From a virus, in IMG/VR virus record IMGVR_UViG_3300025652_000057, positions 2,624-66,623 of that record: a stretch of DNA of 64,000 bases; one strand, written 5' to 3'. Below are positions 9,005 through 18,122 of the stretch, piece by piece. The stretch's first letter is position 1, and each line of letters begins with the position of its first letter. Both the position numbers and the translations under genes were made by a program. The notes under the pieces are model-generated. The model worked only from the letters and a program-made list of their open reading frames with translations. It had not been told where the DNA came from and searched no databases.

Positions 9005-9682
9005 TTATTTAGACAAAGAACGAATAAATCGCTCAAACAATGCGGCTGCTTTGATCTCTAATTCTGCTGTAGAGACTTTTGCAGTCTGTTTGATCTCTTC
9101 TTCGATTTCGTCAAATGTGTTCGCCACTTCCCATGAAGAAGAAGCTACATCGTAAATCCAATCTACACCTTCCATAACTCCCTTAACGAAAGCGTCTGGT
9201 GCTGATGGATCGGCTACAATATCCCCTGCGGTAGCTAACATAAAGTCACTCTGGACTTCCATGATACCACTCTTATTCTGTTTGATTGAACCCATGCCAC
9301 GAGATGAAATACCTAAAGTACCATCTGCATCCATGATGTTCTGAACGATCTTACCCATTGGCGTGTCCATTACTTTAGCACGACCAACGATGTTTGAACC
9401 GTCTTGTCTTAACTCTGTGAACATATGAGATACACGATCAAGATTAATCGTTGGACCTGCGGGGTGACCTAACTCACCATATGCTCTGTTTTTTTCAACG
9501 TAAGTTTCGTTATATCTCTTAACTTCTTTAGCAAGGATCTCTTTAGGATACATACGACCATTACGGTTCTTGATGTCACCTTGCATAATGATGCCTTCGA
9601 TGAAGTACTGCTTAGTACCATCTTCTTTGGCTTCTGTGATATACTCTACGTCTTCAACGATTTCTTTGATTAATAAGCTCAT
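9005..9682 (-). CDS. gp21: Prohead protease
   Basis: NRNGRMYP, GELGHP, ISSRGMGS and DIVADPSAPDAFV. Confidence 0.96.
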   Translation of the reverse strand: MSLLIKEIVEDVEYITEAKEDGTKQYFIEGIIMQGDIKNRNGRMYPKEILAKEVKRYNETYVEKNRAYGELGHPAGPTINLDRVSHMFTELRQDGSNIVGRAKVMDTPMGKIVQNIMDADGTLGISSRGMGSIKQNKSGIMEVQSDFMLATAGDIVADPSAPDAFVKGVMEGVDWIYDVASSSWEVANTFDEIEEEIKQTAKVSTAELEIKAAALFERFIRSLSK

Positions 9683-9697
9683 ATGTTTAGTCCTGTG

Positions 9698-10351
9698 TTA
9701 AGCCGCTTGCATTGCGAAAGATACGAATCGAGTAAACTGTTTCTTGTCAGATAACATACCTTCAACTTTTTTCTTGTTAACTGAATTTAACGATTTGTAC
9801 GCATTAAGCACAGCAGATGCTGAGAAGAGATCGATCTTCTGCTTCTTGCCATCTTTGAACTTGACTTCGCCCATGCTCTTAGTTTTAACGATCTTCTCTA
9901 GATCAGCAATAACGCCTTCTGAGTAGTAGCCTTCTTTGTAAGACTCTTCGACTTCTTCTTCTTCGTCATCTTTCATTGCCATCTTAGTAGCAGTTGCATA
10001 CATAACATCGACAGCACGATCACCGTAACGATCTTTGAACTCAGACATTTTCTTTTTGAGTTCTTTAACAATCTCTTCTTTCTTTGCTTTCTGAGCGTCA
10101 GTCATCTCTTCTTCAGTGAATTCCACTGCTTCATATACTTCTTGACCACCATCTTTCTCAAAATCGGCTAAACGATTTCCAGATAGATCAAGGGGTTCTG
10201 CCTGCTCATAGCCATCTGGAAGAGGTTTAATGTCTACAAGATGCTTGTCAATAAAACTCTTTTCTTTTTCTGGAGAAGAGTTGTCGCCTAAATCCTGCAC
10301 TTGATCGAGGCGACTAGTTGCTTCTACTGTAAACTGCTTGAAAGATTTCAT
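9698..10351 (-). CDS. Putative prohead core/internal head protein
   Basis: Located between portal and protease; N-terminal MKSFKQFTVE resembles the T4 capsid-targeting sequence; highly charged. Confidence 0.6.
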   Translation of the reverse strand: MKSFKQFTVEATSRLDQVQDLGDNSSPEKEKSFIDKHLVDIKPLPDGYEQAEPLDLSGNRLADFEKDGGQEVYEAVEFTEEEMTDAQKAKKEEIVKELKKKMSEFKDRYGDRAVDVMYATATKMAMKDDEEEEVEESYKEGYYSEGVIADLEKIVKTKSMGEVKFKDGKKQKIDLFSASAVLNAYKSLNSVNKKKVEGMLSDKKQFTRFVSFAMQAA

Positions 10352-10364
10352 TTTTATTCCCTTG

Positions 10365-10538
10365 TTATTCGGTATCTACTTCTACATTTGCATTTGCTTC
10401 TGCTGAAGCTCCAAACATAGAGTCATATTTTGTTTCGATAGCTGTTGCCATTTTATCTGCCATAATGTTATTGAACGAGGACTCAAATGTACCTGCATCT
10501 TTATCCATCGCACTCTTAATCAAATCACTAACACTCAT
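10365..10538 (-). CDS. Small prohead core protein, gp67-like (57 aa, not in the ORF track)
   Basis: Translated manually: MSVSDLIKSAMDKDAGTFESSFNNIMADKMATAIETKYDSMFGASAEANANVEVDTE. AAGGAG RBS and late promoter upstream; directly after the portal gene. Confidence 0.75.
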   Translation of the reverse strand: MSVSDLIKSAMDKDAGTFESSFNNIMADKMATAIETKYDSMFGASAEANANVEVDTE

Positions 10539-10561
10539 GTCTATCTCCTTACTTATAGGTT

Positions 10562-10569
10562 TATTTATA
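10562..10569 (-). promoter_or_regulatory. Late promoter TATAAATA
   Basis: Exact motif upstream of the gp67-like gene. Confidence 0.8.
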
Positions 10570-10586
10570 TTTTATATAATTGCTAC

Positions 10587-12131
10587 TTAGAACTCGTCAT
10601 CCGCGATGTCGTCTTCTGCGTCTTCCGAGTCTTCGTCGTCTTGCTGAATCTGATCCCGCATATTCTCGATCTCGTCCTCGTTCATCATGAGAACATTCTT
10701 TCTTACCCATTCTGCGGAGTAGTACTTGCCAACGTAATCGTCAATGTCTCGTAAAAGATTTAATCTTTCCCTCAAGACTTCACTTTCCTTTAACTCTTCA
10801 AAGTAGTTGTCTTGCATGAAATCATATCTGACAGAAGCTTGAATGTCCGCCCACTCTTCAGGTGTAATGATTCCTTTAAGTATCAATTGCTTCTCAAGAA
10901 TTTTATCAAAAAGCGATGAGAATCGTGATCTCAGTCTGTTGATAAACTTACTAAACTTAATCTCATCTCTAGATATTTCTGTTGCTCTACCTAAAGAGAA
11001 TCCTGCGTCTGATTCCATACGAGAGATGGGCACATTAAGAGACTTAAACAATCTCTTCTGGAAGTATAGTACGTCATCTAGTTCACCTAGATTCTGTCCA
11101 CCGGGCAATGTAGTGATCTCAGTACCCTTTCCACCCTCTCTTCTAGGTAACCAGAAATCGTCAGTCATACTCATATGTCTGCGATCATCTTTAACGTCAC
11201 CTGTAGCGGCATCATAAACCAAGCGATTCTTATGCTTAGTCATCATATCTCGTAGATATTGCTCTGCTTTCATCTTAGGCAGATTACCCACATCGATATA
11301 GAAAATTCTTCGTTCTGGTGCTCTAGATATTCTATAGATAACTACAGCATCTTCCATCATTCTCAACTGATTCAAAGGCTTCATTGCCTTATGCAAGTTA
11401 GAGATGATAAGTGTGTTAGACTCATTCAGTAGACCGGAATTAGCGTGAACTATTGAGTCTGTTGCTATCTTAAGTCCTGCTAACTCTCCTTGCTGTGTAG
11501 ACTGAGAACCACTAACGCTACTGAGGAATCCCTTTTCGCTATAGATATAGTACTCATTCTTGACCTGCTTTGTCAGAAATCTGTTGTCTTGACCGTTGCC
11601 AGTCTGGGACTTATCATCAAACTCTCTAACTTTGCGAATCTTTCTTGGATCAATATAGCGCAACTCTTGAATGCCTTTCTTGGGCTGCTTTACATCAATC
11701 ATAACGTGATAGTTTATTCTTCCGTCAACATACCACTTTTGAAACGTATCATATCCAGTAGAAGAAAAGTCTAGAAGTCTAAGAACCGTATCAAACTCTT
11801 CTCTAATTCTTTTCTTAATATTATCTGGCTGATCAACGTCATCTGTAACACATTCGACTACTTTTTGATCAGACGCTATGCTGATAGCCTCATTCACAAT
11901 ATCATCAACCGCTTGCGAAATCTCTGGTTGCTCTAGCATAGACCTATATTTCTGTACAATTTCTGCTTCTGATCGTGCTGTTCCTGCTAGGTCTAAATAG
12001 CTACTAGCAGCCGTACCGGTAGCTGCTATATCAATAGAGCCATCGTCAGTATTAGCTTGCACGAAAGAAGGAATATTAATATTCTCTTCCGAGCCTTTAC
12101 GCTTTATAGAAAATCCAAATAATTCAGCCAT
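10587..12131 (-). CDS. gp20: Portal vertex protein
   Basis: WYVDGR, LRMMEDAVVIYRISRAPERRIFYIDVGNLPK and DFWLPRREGGKGTEITTLPGG. Confidence 0.98.
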   Translation of the reverse strand: MAELFGFSIKRKGSEENINIPSFVQANTDDGSIDIAATGTAASSYLDLAGTARSEAEIVQKYRSMLEQPEISQAVDDIVNEAISIASDQKVVECVTDDVDQPDNIKKRIREEFDTVLRLLDFSSTGYDTFQKWYVDGRINYHVMIDVKQPKKGIQELRYIDPRKIRKVREFDDKSQTGNGQDNRFLTKQVKNEYYIYSEKGFLSSVSGSQSTQQGELAGLKIATDSIVHANSGLLNESNTLIISNLHKAMKPLNQLRMMEDAVVIYRISRAPERRIFYIDVGNLPKMKAEQYLRDMMTKHKNRLVYDAATGDVKDDRRHMSMTDDFWLPRREGGKGTEITTLPGGQNLGELDDVLYFQKRLFKSLNVPISRMESDAGFSLGRATEISRDEIKFSKFINRLRSRFSSLFDKILEKQLILKGIITPEEWADIQASVRYDFMQDNYFEELKESEVLRERLNLLRDIDDYVGKYYSAEWVRKNVLMMNEDEIENMRDQIQQDDEDSEDAEDDIADDEF

Positions 12132-12148
12132 AGTTTATCCTTTAATTA

Positions 12149-12169
12149 GGGGAGAGGGGTACTCTCCCC
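12149..12169 (-). terminator. GC-rich hairpin after gp19, probable terminator or processing site
   Basis: GGGGAGAG-TACCC-CTCTCCCC with only a weak U tract. Confidence 0.55.
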
Positions 12170-12187
12170 ATATTATAGTTATCAAGT

Positions 12188-12736
12188 TTATACGTTTGTG
12201 CCGCCGTCACCGGTGATACCACCAGAGACATTCCACCAATCGTACTGGAAAGTAACGTCGAATCGCTCGATGTCATCAGTTGTGCCCCAGTCTGTGGTGA
12301 TTGCAGCTATGCTAGTTGGAAACAACCCGTTAAAGTTGTATGTTCTTAGTCCCGCACCAGACTTTGAGTACTGAGTAATTTGCGCCTGAGCTTTATATTC
12401 AGATGCGGTTAGAGCTTGAGACACATTACCCTGATGAGAGTTGATTGCAGACATCCATTCTTCCATAGCATTACGAATAAGGAAGTCTTCATCATTGATG
12501 ATAGTTACAGTCCATTCAGCGAATGTTCTGTCACCTGCAACTTTAACCTTACGGCCAAAGTATGGAATCTCGATTGTTCCAATTGTCGCTTCTGGAATCG
12601 CTGCCGCTTGCACCATAAACGGTGTTTTAAGATCGCCTGCTCCATTAATAGGATTTGTAATCGCTACTTGGAACAGGGATGCTTTGGCACCCCCGAAGGT
12701 CAGTTGGCTTTTAATTTCATTGATGTTGAAAGCCAT
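12188..12736 (-). CDS. gp19: Tail tube protein
   Basis: IPYFGRKVKVAGDRTFAEWTVTIINDEDF and FDVTFQYDWW. Confidence 0.96.
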   Translation of the reverse strand: MAFNINEIKSQLTFGGAKASLFQVAITNPINGAGDLKTPFMVQAAAIPEATIGTIEIPYFGRKVKVAGDRTFAEWTVTIINDEDFLIRNAMEEWMSAINSHQGNVSQALTASEYKAQAQITQYSKSGAGLRTYNFNGLFPTSIAAITTDWGTTDDIERFDVTFQYDWWNVSGGITGDGGTNV

Positions 12737-12762
12737 TGTTTATTTCTCCTTGTTTGTTGTAT

Positions 12763-12770
12763 TATTTATT
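12763..12770 (-). promoter_or_regulatory. Variant late promoter AATAAATA (gp19), overlapping the gp18 stop codon
   Basis: One mismatch to TATAAATA, at the expected distance from the start codon. Confidence 0.55.
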
Positions 12771-15039
12771 AAGCCGCACCAACGATCTCAGAGAACTCTA
12801 CGCCTGATCTAACAGCGACAAAGTTCAACTGGATGAAGTTGATAGAACGTGCTGGCTTGATATAAATATCGCCAACAAATTGGTTAGTGTCAATCACTTG
12901 ACCTGTGTTGTTTGATGTATCACAAACTACTTTAAAGTCATATATGCCACGTCTACCTTGAACGTCTCTAAGGAACGGTTCAACTAAGTTAACAAATGTG
13001 GCTCTAGTGAACTCATCGTTAAACTCAAATAATGTTGATTTAGCTGCTTGACTGATAGTCTTCTCAAGAACGATGAACAATCTACGAACATTGATTCTAT
13101 CAAATGCGCTTGATATGCCCGAATAAGTCTTGTCGCCAAATAACACTGTACCTTGACCAGGCTGAGTGATAACTGGGTTAATCCCATTCTTGTACAACAA
13201 GTCTCTTTGAGCTTTGTTAGGATTGACTCGTAGCTTAACAACATTCTTAACGTTGCCTCGATTGTATCCAGCAGGAGAGAACCAAGGATCTCTTAGATCG
13301 TCTGTTCTAGCACATAGTCCAGCGATGTCGCCATTCAATGGAACCCAACGATATACATCACCATACTTGTCATATTGGTACTTGTAGCCGCTATCCAAGA
13401 CAGCATAGCTGCTTGCGGTTACGGAAGCTGCCCAATCTACGATATCTTGTGGAGTTAGGTCAGTCAATTCAGGAGATACGAACGCTACACAGTCTCTACG
13501 GACTTCAGCGATATTATCGATAATGTAGTTTGCGAGAGCATGAGTTTTAGCTTTACCTTGTAATACAAACGAGATATCTACATCTGACGCATCGCTGAAT
13601 AGATCGTATGCTGTAGCCAGATCGCCTAGAGTAACATCGTCTTCGTCTGAACCGTCAGCGCCAGTTGTTAATACCTGCTGAGATTTATGTCCAGTTAGCG
13701 TAGAGTTAACGACACTCAATTTAATCCAATTAGAAGATGCCTCAAGTACGTCAGTGATGAAGCTGGATGTTCCATCAAAGCTCTTGGTGCCAGGCGTCAT
13801 TGAAAGATCATCGAATTTTTCGATGATAGAGCCTACTGTGCCTGTGATTTTACCATCAGCGTCTTTGACTACAACGTGAGCTTTGCCTAAAGTAGGCTGA
13901 GCATCAAATAAGTCTGCATCGCCCCACTGAGTAGTGAATGCTCCATTAGAAGAAGTTAGAGAGGTGTGACCTGTATATCTACTAGTGAAAGTAACGTTTA
14001 ATAACACTTTATCGTATCGGTAAAGCTTATATACAGAATCATCAGCAGTAGGTTTACCAATAAACTTGATGTTTTTAGGTGCGTCATCAGTGTGATTAAT
14101 CGCATCAGCATAAGTTAATGCTAATTTAATTGTTCCTGTAGTTCCGCCATCCAGTAGTTTACCCCTGTCGGCAAGAGTATCTGTACCGTCATTTACTCTG
14201 ATTGCAAAGTAAGTTTGCTCGTCTACTAGTGATCCTGTAGTTGCATCTGCAAATGTTACTGTTGTTGTGCTAAAACCATTAAGATCGATTTTAACAGCAT
14301 CACCAGTTTCAATAGCGTTATCACTACCAAGTGAAATAACACTAGACTGTACTGATGTAACACCATCTTCTAATTCTGTGATGATACCTGAAGCACTGTA
14401 GGCCGCAGTTGCATCAAGATCAACATCTGCATCTAAATTGATAACTGCATCTGGTGTGCCGTCACCTCCACCAACCGATACTGTGGAAATCGTAAGACGC
14501 TGCTTGTTTGATGTGGCATGAGTGGGAGTAATAGAATCTCCTACTAAAATTGCGTCTGCTTCCGCCTTAGTTAATCCGTTGATTACTCCTGATGCGCTAC
14601 TGGAATCAATTGCTAATGTACCTACAGATGCCGCTGCATCAAATGATCCGTTAACACAGTGAGACACTGCTATTGAGTTACCTAGCTCGCCCTTATACTT
14701 CGCTGTAAAGTTTTCGAATGTTTCGGTAGCTGCTACTAAGCCGACGGCGTCTGCACGAACCACATAAAGTGCATCACTATATCCTAAGAAGTTAGCGGCA
14801 GTTAAAAATGTTTCATGGTTTGTCCATGTTAGTGTGTTAGCTGGCGAGTTAGTGTACCTAGTTGATGGTGCACCAAAACGACTAACTAGCTCTTGCTCTG
14901 AAGTGATTAAAACTCTCTCGTTTGTAGGACCCCATCGAAATACGCCTGCGATTGCGCCTTCGGTTGTTCCAACAGCTGGAGTGCTATTTGTAAGATCGAT
15001 TTCGCTTACGTTAATACCTGGACTTGTTTGAAAGGCCAT
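12769..15039 (-). CDS. gp18: Tail sheath protein
   Basis: SPGINVSEIDLT, WFSPAGYNRG, FDRINVRRLF and IKPARSINFIQLNF. Confidence 0.97.
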   Translation of the reverse strand: MAFQTSPGINVSEIDLTNSTPAVGTTEGAIAGVFRWGPTNERVLITSEQELVSRFGAPSTRYTNSPANTLTWTNHETFLTAANFLGYSDALYVVRADAVGLVAATETFENFTAKYKGELGNSIAVSHCVNGSFDAAASVGTLAIDSSSASGVINGLTKAEADAILVGDSITPTHATSNKQRLTISTVSVGGGDGTPDAVINLDADVDLDATAAYSASGIITELEDGVTSVQSSVISLGSDNAIETGDAVKIDLNGFSTTTVTFADATTGSLVDEQTYFAIRVNDGTDTLADRGKLLDGGTTGTIKLALTYADAINHTDDAPKNIKFIGKPTADDSVYKLYRYDKVLLNVTFTSRYTGHTSLTSSNGAFTTQWGDADLFDAQPTLGKAHVVVKDADGKITGTVGSIIEKFDDLSMTPGTKSFDGTSSFITDVLEASSNWIKLSVVNSTLTGHKSQQVLTTGADGSDEDDVTLGDLATAYDLFSDASDVDISFVLQGKAKTHALANYIIDNIAEVRRDCVAFVSPELTDLTPQDIVDWAASVTASSYAVLDSGYKYQYDKYGDVYRWVPLNGDIAGLCARTDDLRDPWFSPAGYNRGNVKNVVKLRVNPNKAQRDLLYKNGINPVITQPGQGTVLFGDKTYSGISSAFDRINVRRLFIVLEKTISQAAKSTLFEFNDEFTRATFVNLVEPFLRDVQGRRGIYDFKVVCDTSNNTGQVIDTNQFVGDIYIKPARSINFIQLNFVAVRSGVEFSEIVGAA

Positions 15040-15097
15040 TGTTGATTTCTCCTTGTTAATTTTGTAAGTTACAAACTTGTTTTATTTTCTATTTCTA

Positions 15098-15105
15098 TAT
15101 TTATA
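15098..15105 (-). promoter_or_regulatory. Late promoter TATAAATA (gp18)
   Basis: Exact motif. Confidence 0.8.
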
Positions 15106-15120
15106 ATAAACAGAACTTAG

Positions 15121-16746
15121 CTATTGAAGCCAGCTATTATCGTCATCCGATACCGAGGTCAGTGTAGGAGAGGCTGTATCTGTGTCATATGCGTTGAATC
15201 CGATGGGCATCATACTTTCAGCCAGCTCCTCTTCATTTCTCTGTCTGAGCGCATTTACTGTGTTTATGTTAGTGATTTCTTTGAAGAACATTTGATCTGT
15301 CATCCAAGCAAATAGCACTAATCCCATAACTAAATCGTCATGGCAACCAGATTCTGCTTCATAAGAATTAGCTTTTCTAGAAAATGTAGATAGTTCGTTT
15401 ATTGTGTCAAAGTCATTCAATATCAGTTGATCTTGTTCAACTAACATCTTGAGCATATTGCATCCGACTGCCTTGACTGCCTTTGTTGTTCGAATACCTT
15501 TATCTGCTTTCTTTGAGAATCCTGTAGATATTCTTTTACCTGATCTACCTGCGGACTCTGTGAACATGAGTGTCTCTACCTCAAATTCGTAATGCAATAC
15601 TTCTGAGACTTGCTCACCTATATCATTGACTTCCACTAATGTGTAAGCCTCATTATAACTCTTTATACTTCTATATATGATTTCAGCGTAGTCGATAGGC
15701 GTTATCATATTATCTTTAAATACACAAACCTGTCTATACGGCATCTCTGTAACATCGATAATCTGAAATGCTGAGTAATCTAATCCTTTGCCTCTGGCGA
15801 CATCCACGATACAGCAGTATGTGTGATCTTTCACTGGTCTTTCATACACTTTCATATGCTGTGTTTGAGCAAGAGGATTTCTAGCTACTAAGCTCTTTAG
15901 CTTTCCTCCCTCGATAAGTGTACCTGATGATCCTAGAAATCCACACTCAAATTCTTGTGAGAACTTCTGTGTATCGCCTTCCATTGCGGCAAGTGTGTCT
16001 TTTCTCCACTTCTCGTCACGACCAGGCACTCTTTGCCAAGGCACTTCAACATACTCAAAGCCATTAGTATCTTCTTTCGCACCTATGCAAGTCTTATAGA
16101 AATGATTCAGTCCGTTTGGTGTAGATGTGTACAACATCTTTGTAGTTTTACCAGATGATATTGTTGGGAATACTGAAGCAAAGAACTCGTCCCAGTTCTC
16201 AACAAAAGCTGTTTCATCTATGTATAGGAATGATATAGATTTACCACGAATAGCACTTGATGAAGTTGAGCCAGCAATAATCTTACATCCGTTTTCAAAC
16301 TCAACAGAACCTTTGTTCCATTCGATCACGCCCTGTTGTAGCCACTTAGGTAATGCTTCATATGCTATCTTGATTCGATCTAGAATCTCACGAGCAGCAT
16401 CGCCTTTGTTGGCGAGTAGAGCACAAGTCTTGTGGTCGTTGAATAATACGTAGTGTAATATAACTGCAACCGCAGTTGTAGTCTTACCTGCTTGTCGTGA
16501 GGTTACTACAGCTACTCTTCGATTATTGGTTATCTTTTCGACAATCTCTTTCTGATAATCGTACATCTTGATTGGAATAAGACCGTGGTCAACGTGTACA
16601 ATTTGAATGTATTTCTCTGAGAAGTATACTGGATCTTGAGCGCATTTAATGAACTCTCCAACCATATCCTGAGTAAACTCAATAGGAGTACCCTTTCTCT
16701 TTAGGTTGGCGTTACCATTATAGCCTCGTTCTAGCAACTTAGACAT
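15121..16746 (-). CDS. gp17: Terminase large subunit
   Basis: SRQAGKTT Walker A, LYIDE Walker B, STPNG, nuclease DVARGKGLDYS and HDDLVM. Confidence 0.98.
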   Translation of the reverse strand: MSKLLERGYNGNANLKRKGTPIEFTQDMVGEFIKCAQDPVYFSEKYIQIVHVDHGLIPIKMYDYQKEIVEKITNNRRVAVVTSRQAGKTTTAVAVILHYVLFNDHKTCALLANKGDAAREILDRIKIAYEALPKWLQQGVIEWNKGSVEFENGCKIIAGSTSSSAIRGKSISFLYIDETAFVENWDEFFASVFPTISSGKTTKMLYTSTPNGLNHFYKTCIGAKEDTNGFEYVEVPWQRVPGRDEKWRKDTLAAMEGDTQKFSQEFECGFLGSSGTLIEGGKLKSLVARNPLAQTQHMKVYERPVKDHTYCCIVDVARGKGLDYSAFQIIDVTEMPYRQVCVFKDNMITPIDYAEIIYRSIKSYNEAYTLVEVNDIGEQVSEVLHYEFEVETLMFTESAGRSGKRISTGFSKKADKGIRTTKAVKAVGCNMLKMLVEQDQLILNDFDTINELSTFSRKANSYEAESGCHDDLVMGLVLFAWMTDQMFFKEITNINTVNALRQRNEEELAESMMPIGFNAYDTDTASPTLTSVSDDDNSWLQ

Positions 16747-17155
16747 CTTTAGTTTTCATGTCCTTTAGTAGTTGCTGTAGCTCGTTCGTGGAGCCTACGA
16801 ATAGATTATTATTCGTCGTTAAGCCTTTAGGTACTTCTCCACCACCAATCTCAGATTCAGCTTTGATTTTATCTGTAGACATCTTAACGAGGTCTTTGTT
16901 TGCGTCAACAAGCGTCTTCATGATTGTTGAAACAACCTCATATGCTCTTGGGTGCTCGGATGCCTTTGCCACGTCGAGCATCTGCTCTAACGCCTCTGTT
17001 CCAGACTCGATTACATTATAAAAGTTGCTTCTAGCATATTCATAATCTTTGTCTATCTTGTTGTCAGTGGGAACTTCTACTCGTTCAATTACTTTCCCTT
17101 CAACTACATCATCCAGAGGCTCAAGTCCTAAACTTTTACCTATCTCATCAATCAT
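16739..17155 (-). CDS. gp16: Terminase small subunit
   Basis: DYEYAR, SEHPRAYEV and NNNLFVGSTNELQ. Start placed at MIDEIG after the gp15 stop. Confidence 0.92.
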   Translation of the reverse strand: MIDEIGKSLGLEPLDDVVEGKVIERVEVPTDNKIDKDYEYARSNFYNVIESGTEALEQMLDVAKASEHPRAYEVVSTIMKTLVDANKDLVKMSTDKIKAESEIGGGEVPKGLTTNNNLFVGSTNELQQLLKDMKTKDV

Positions 17156-17159
17156 AATA

Positions 17160-18122
17160 TTAACTTTCGTCCTCTGTTCCATCTCCGTCTACTATCTGCA
17201 CAATATACTCCCACTCTTCTCCGTTGGTTGGAACCGGAGTTACTTGAGAAAAGGATGGTATGGAATTACCATTCGCTGTGAATATGTCACCAAGTTTATA
17301 TACGTTTCCTGTAAGGGATGATCCAGTAAGATATGTATTCCAATCGGCTTGAGTACTGGTTCCAAAATCATATATCTTGTATTGTTTACCAGATTCCAGT
17401 ACAGTAGAACTAGCAGTTGCTGTCACAGGTATAGTCTCAACCTGAACAGTTATTTGCTCCCCACCCTCACTATCTACTAGTGACGGATATAAGTCAACGT
17501 CAACAAACTTGATTCTCTTCTTCTCTGTCACTGGCCCATAGAAGAATGCCTTCATTGTAAAGTTCAGTGTCCAGACCAATGCTCGTCTTGTCTGAAAGTC
17601 TGATTCATAGGTGTCTTCTTGAGATACGCTATTCAGGACAATAGGAATATCAACATACTTGTTAATAGCATCTATCGTCTTAACACTTACGGTACAATCT
17701 GGCTTAAAGTACGGTAGTATCTGTTCAAGAATCTTCATACCATCTTCATTGTACTTTGTCATGATATTAAGTTGAAACTCGATATCATATGGAGCAGGTG
17801 AAAACATAGTCTGTAGTGTGCCTGATGAAGTCGTTCCTGAGACCGTTTTATTCAAGCTACCTAGCTTTCTCTCTGCACTGTATGTCATGCCACTAATTTC
17901 AAATGACATTCTAGGTAGAGTCATAGCAGGAGCATCTAAGTTGGGATCTTGCTCTAGTTTAGCGAGCATCTTCTGCATGGGTGCATAGTTAATAGGCACG
18001 ACCATCTTCTGTATTGCTGTGCCTGCGTTGTCCTTTCTAGTGATCTCTATGTCGTTAAACATCGTGCCAAAAACAGCAACATATCGTCTAGTAGATTCGT
18101 TATAAAAATGATTACCGTACAT
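17160..18122 (-). CDS. gp15: Tail sheath stabiliser/terminator with C-terminal extension
   Basis: FYNESTRRYVAVFGTMFNDI, TLPRMSFE and EQILPYFKP. Confidence 0.93.
   Translation of the reverse strand: MYGNHFYNESTRRYVAVFGTMFNDIEITRKDNAGTAIQKMVVPINYAPMQKMLAKLEQDPNLDAPAMTLPRMSFEISGMTYSAERKLGSLNKTVSGTTSSGTLQTMFSPAPYDIEFQLNIMTKYNEDGMKILEQILPYFKPDCTVSVKTIDAINKYVDIPIVLNSVSQEDTYESDFQTRRALVWTLNFTMKAFFYGPVTEKKRIKFVDVDLYPSLVDSEGGEQITVQVETIPVTATASSTVLESGKQYKIYDFGTSTQADWNTYLTGSSLTGNVYKLGDIFTANGNSIPSFSQVTPVPTNGEEWEYIVQIVDGDGTEDES

Noticed and set aside
129-16746. Inteins, introns or homing endonucleases in gp46, uvsW, gp23, gp20 and gp17
   Set aside because: Lengths are normal and no splicing or LAGLIDADG/HNH/GIY-YIG motifs were seen.
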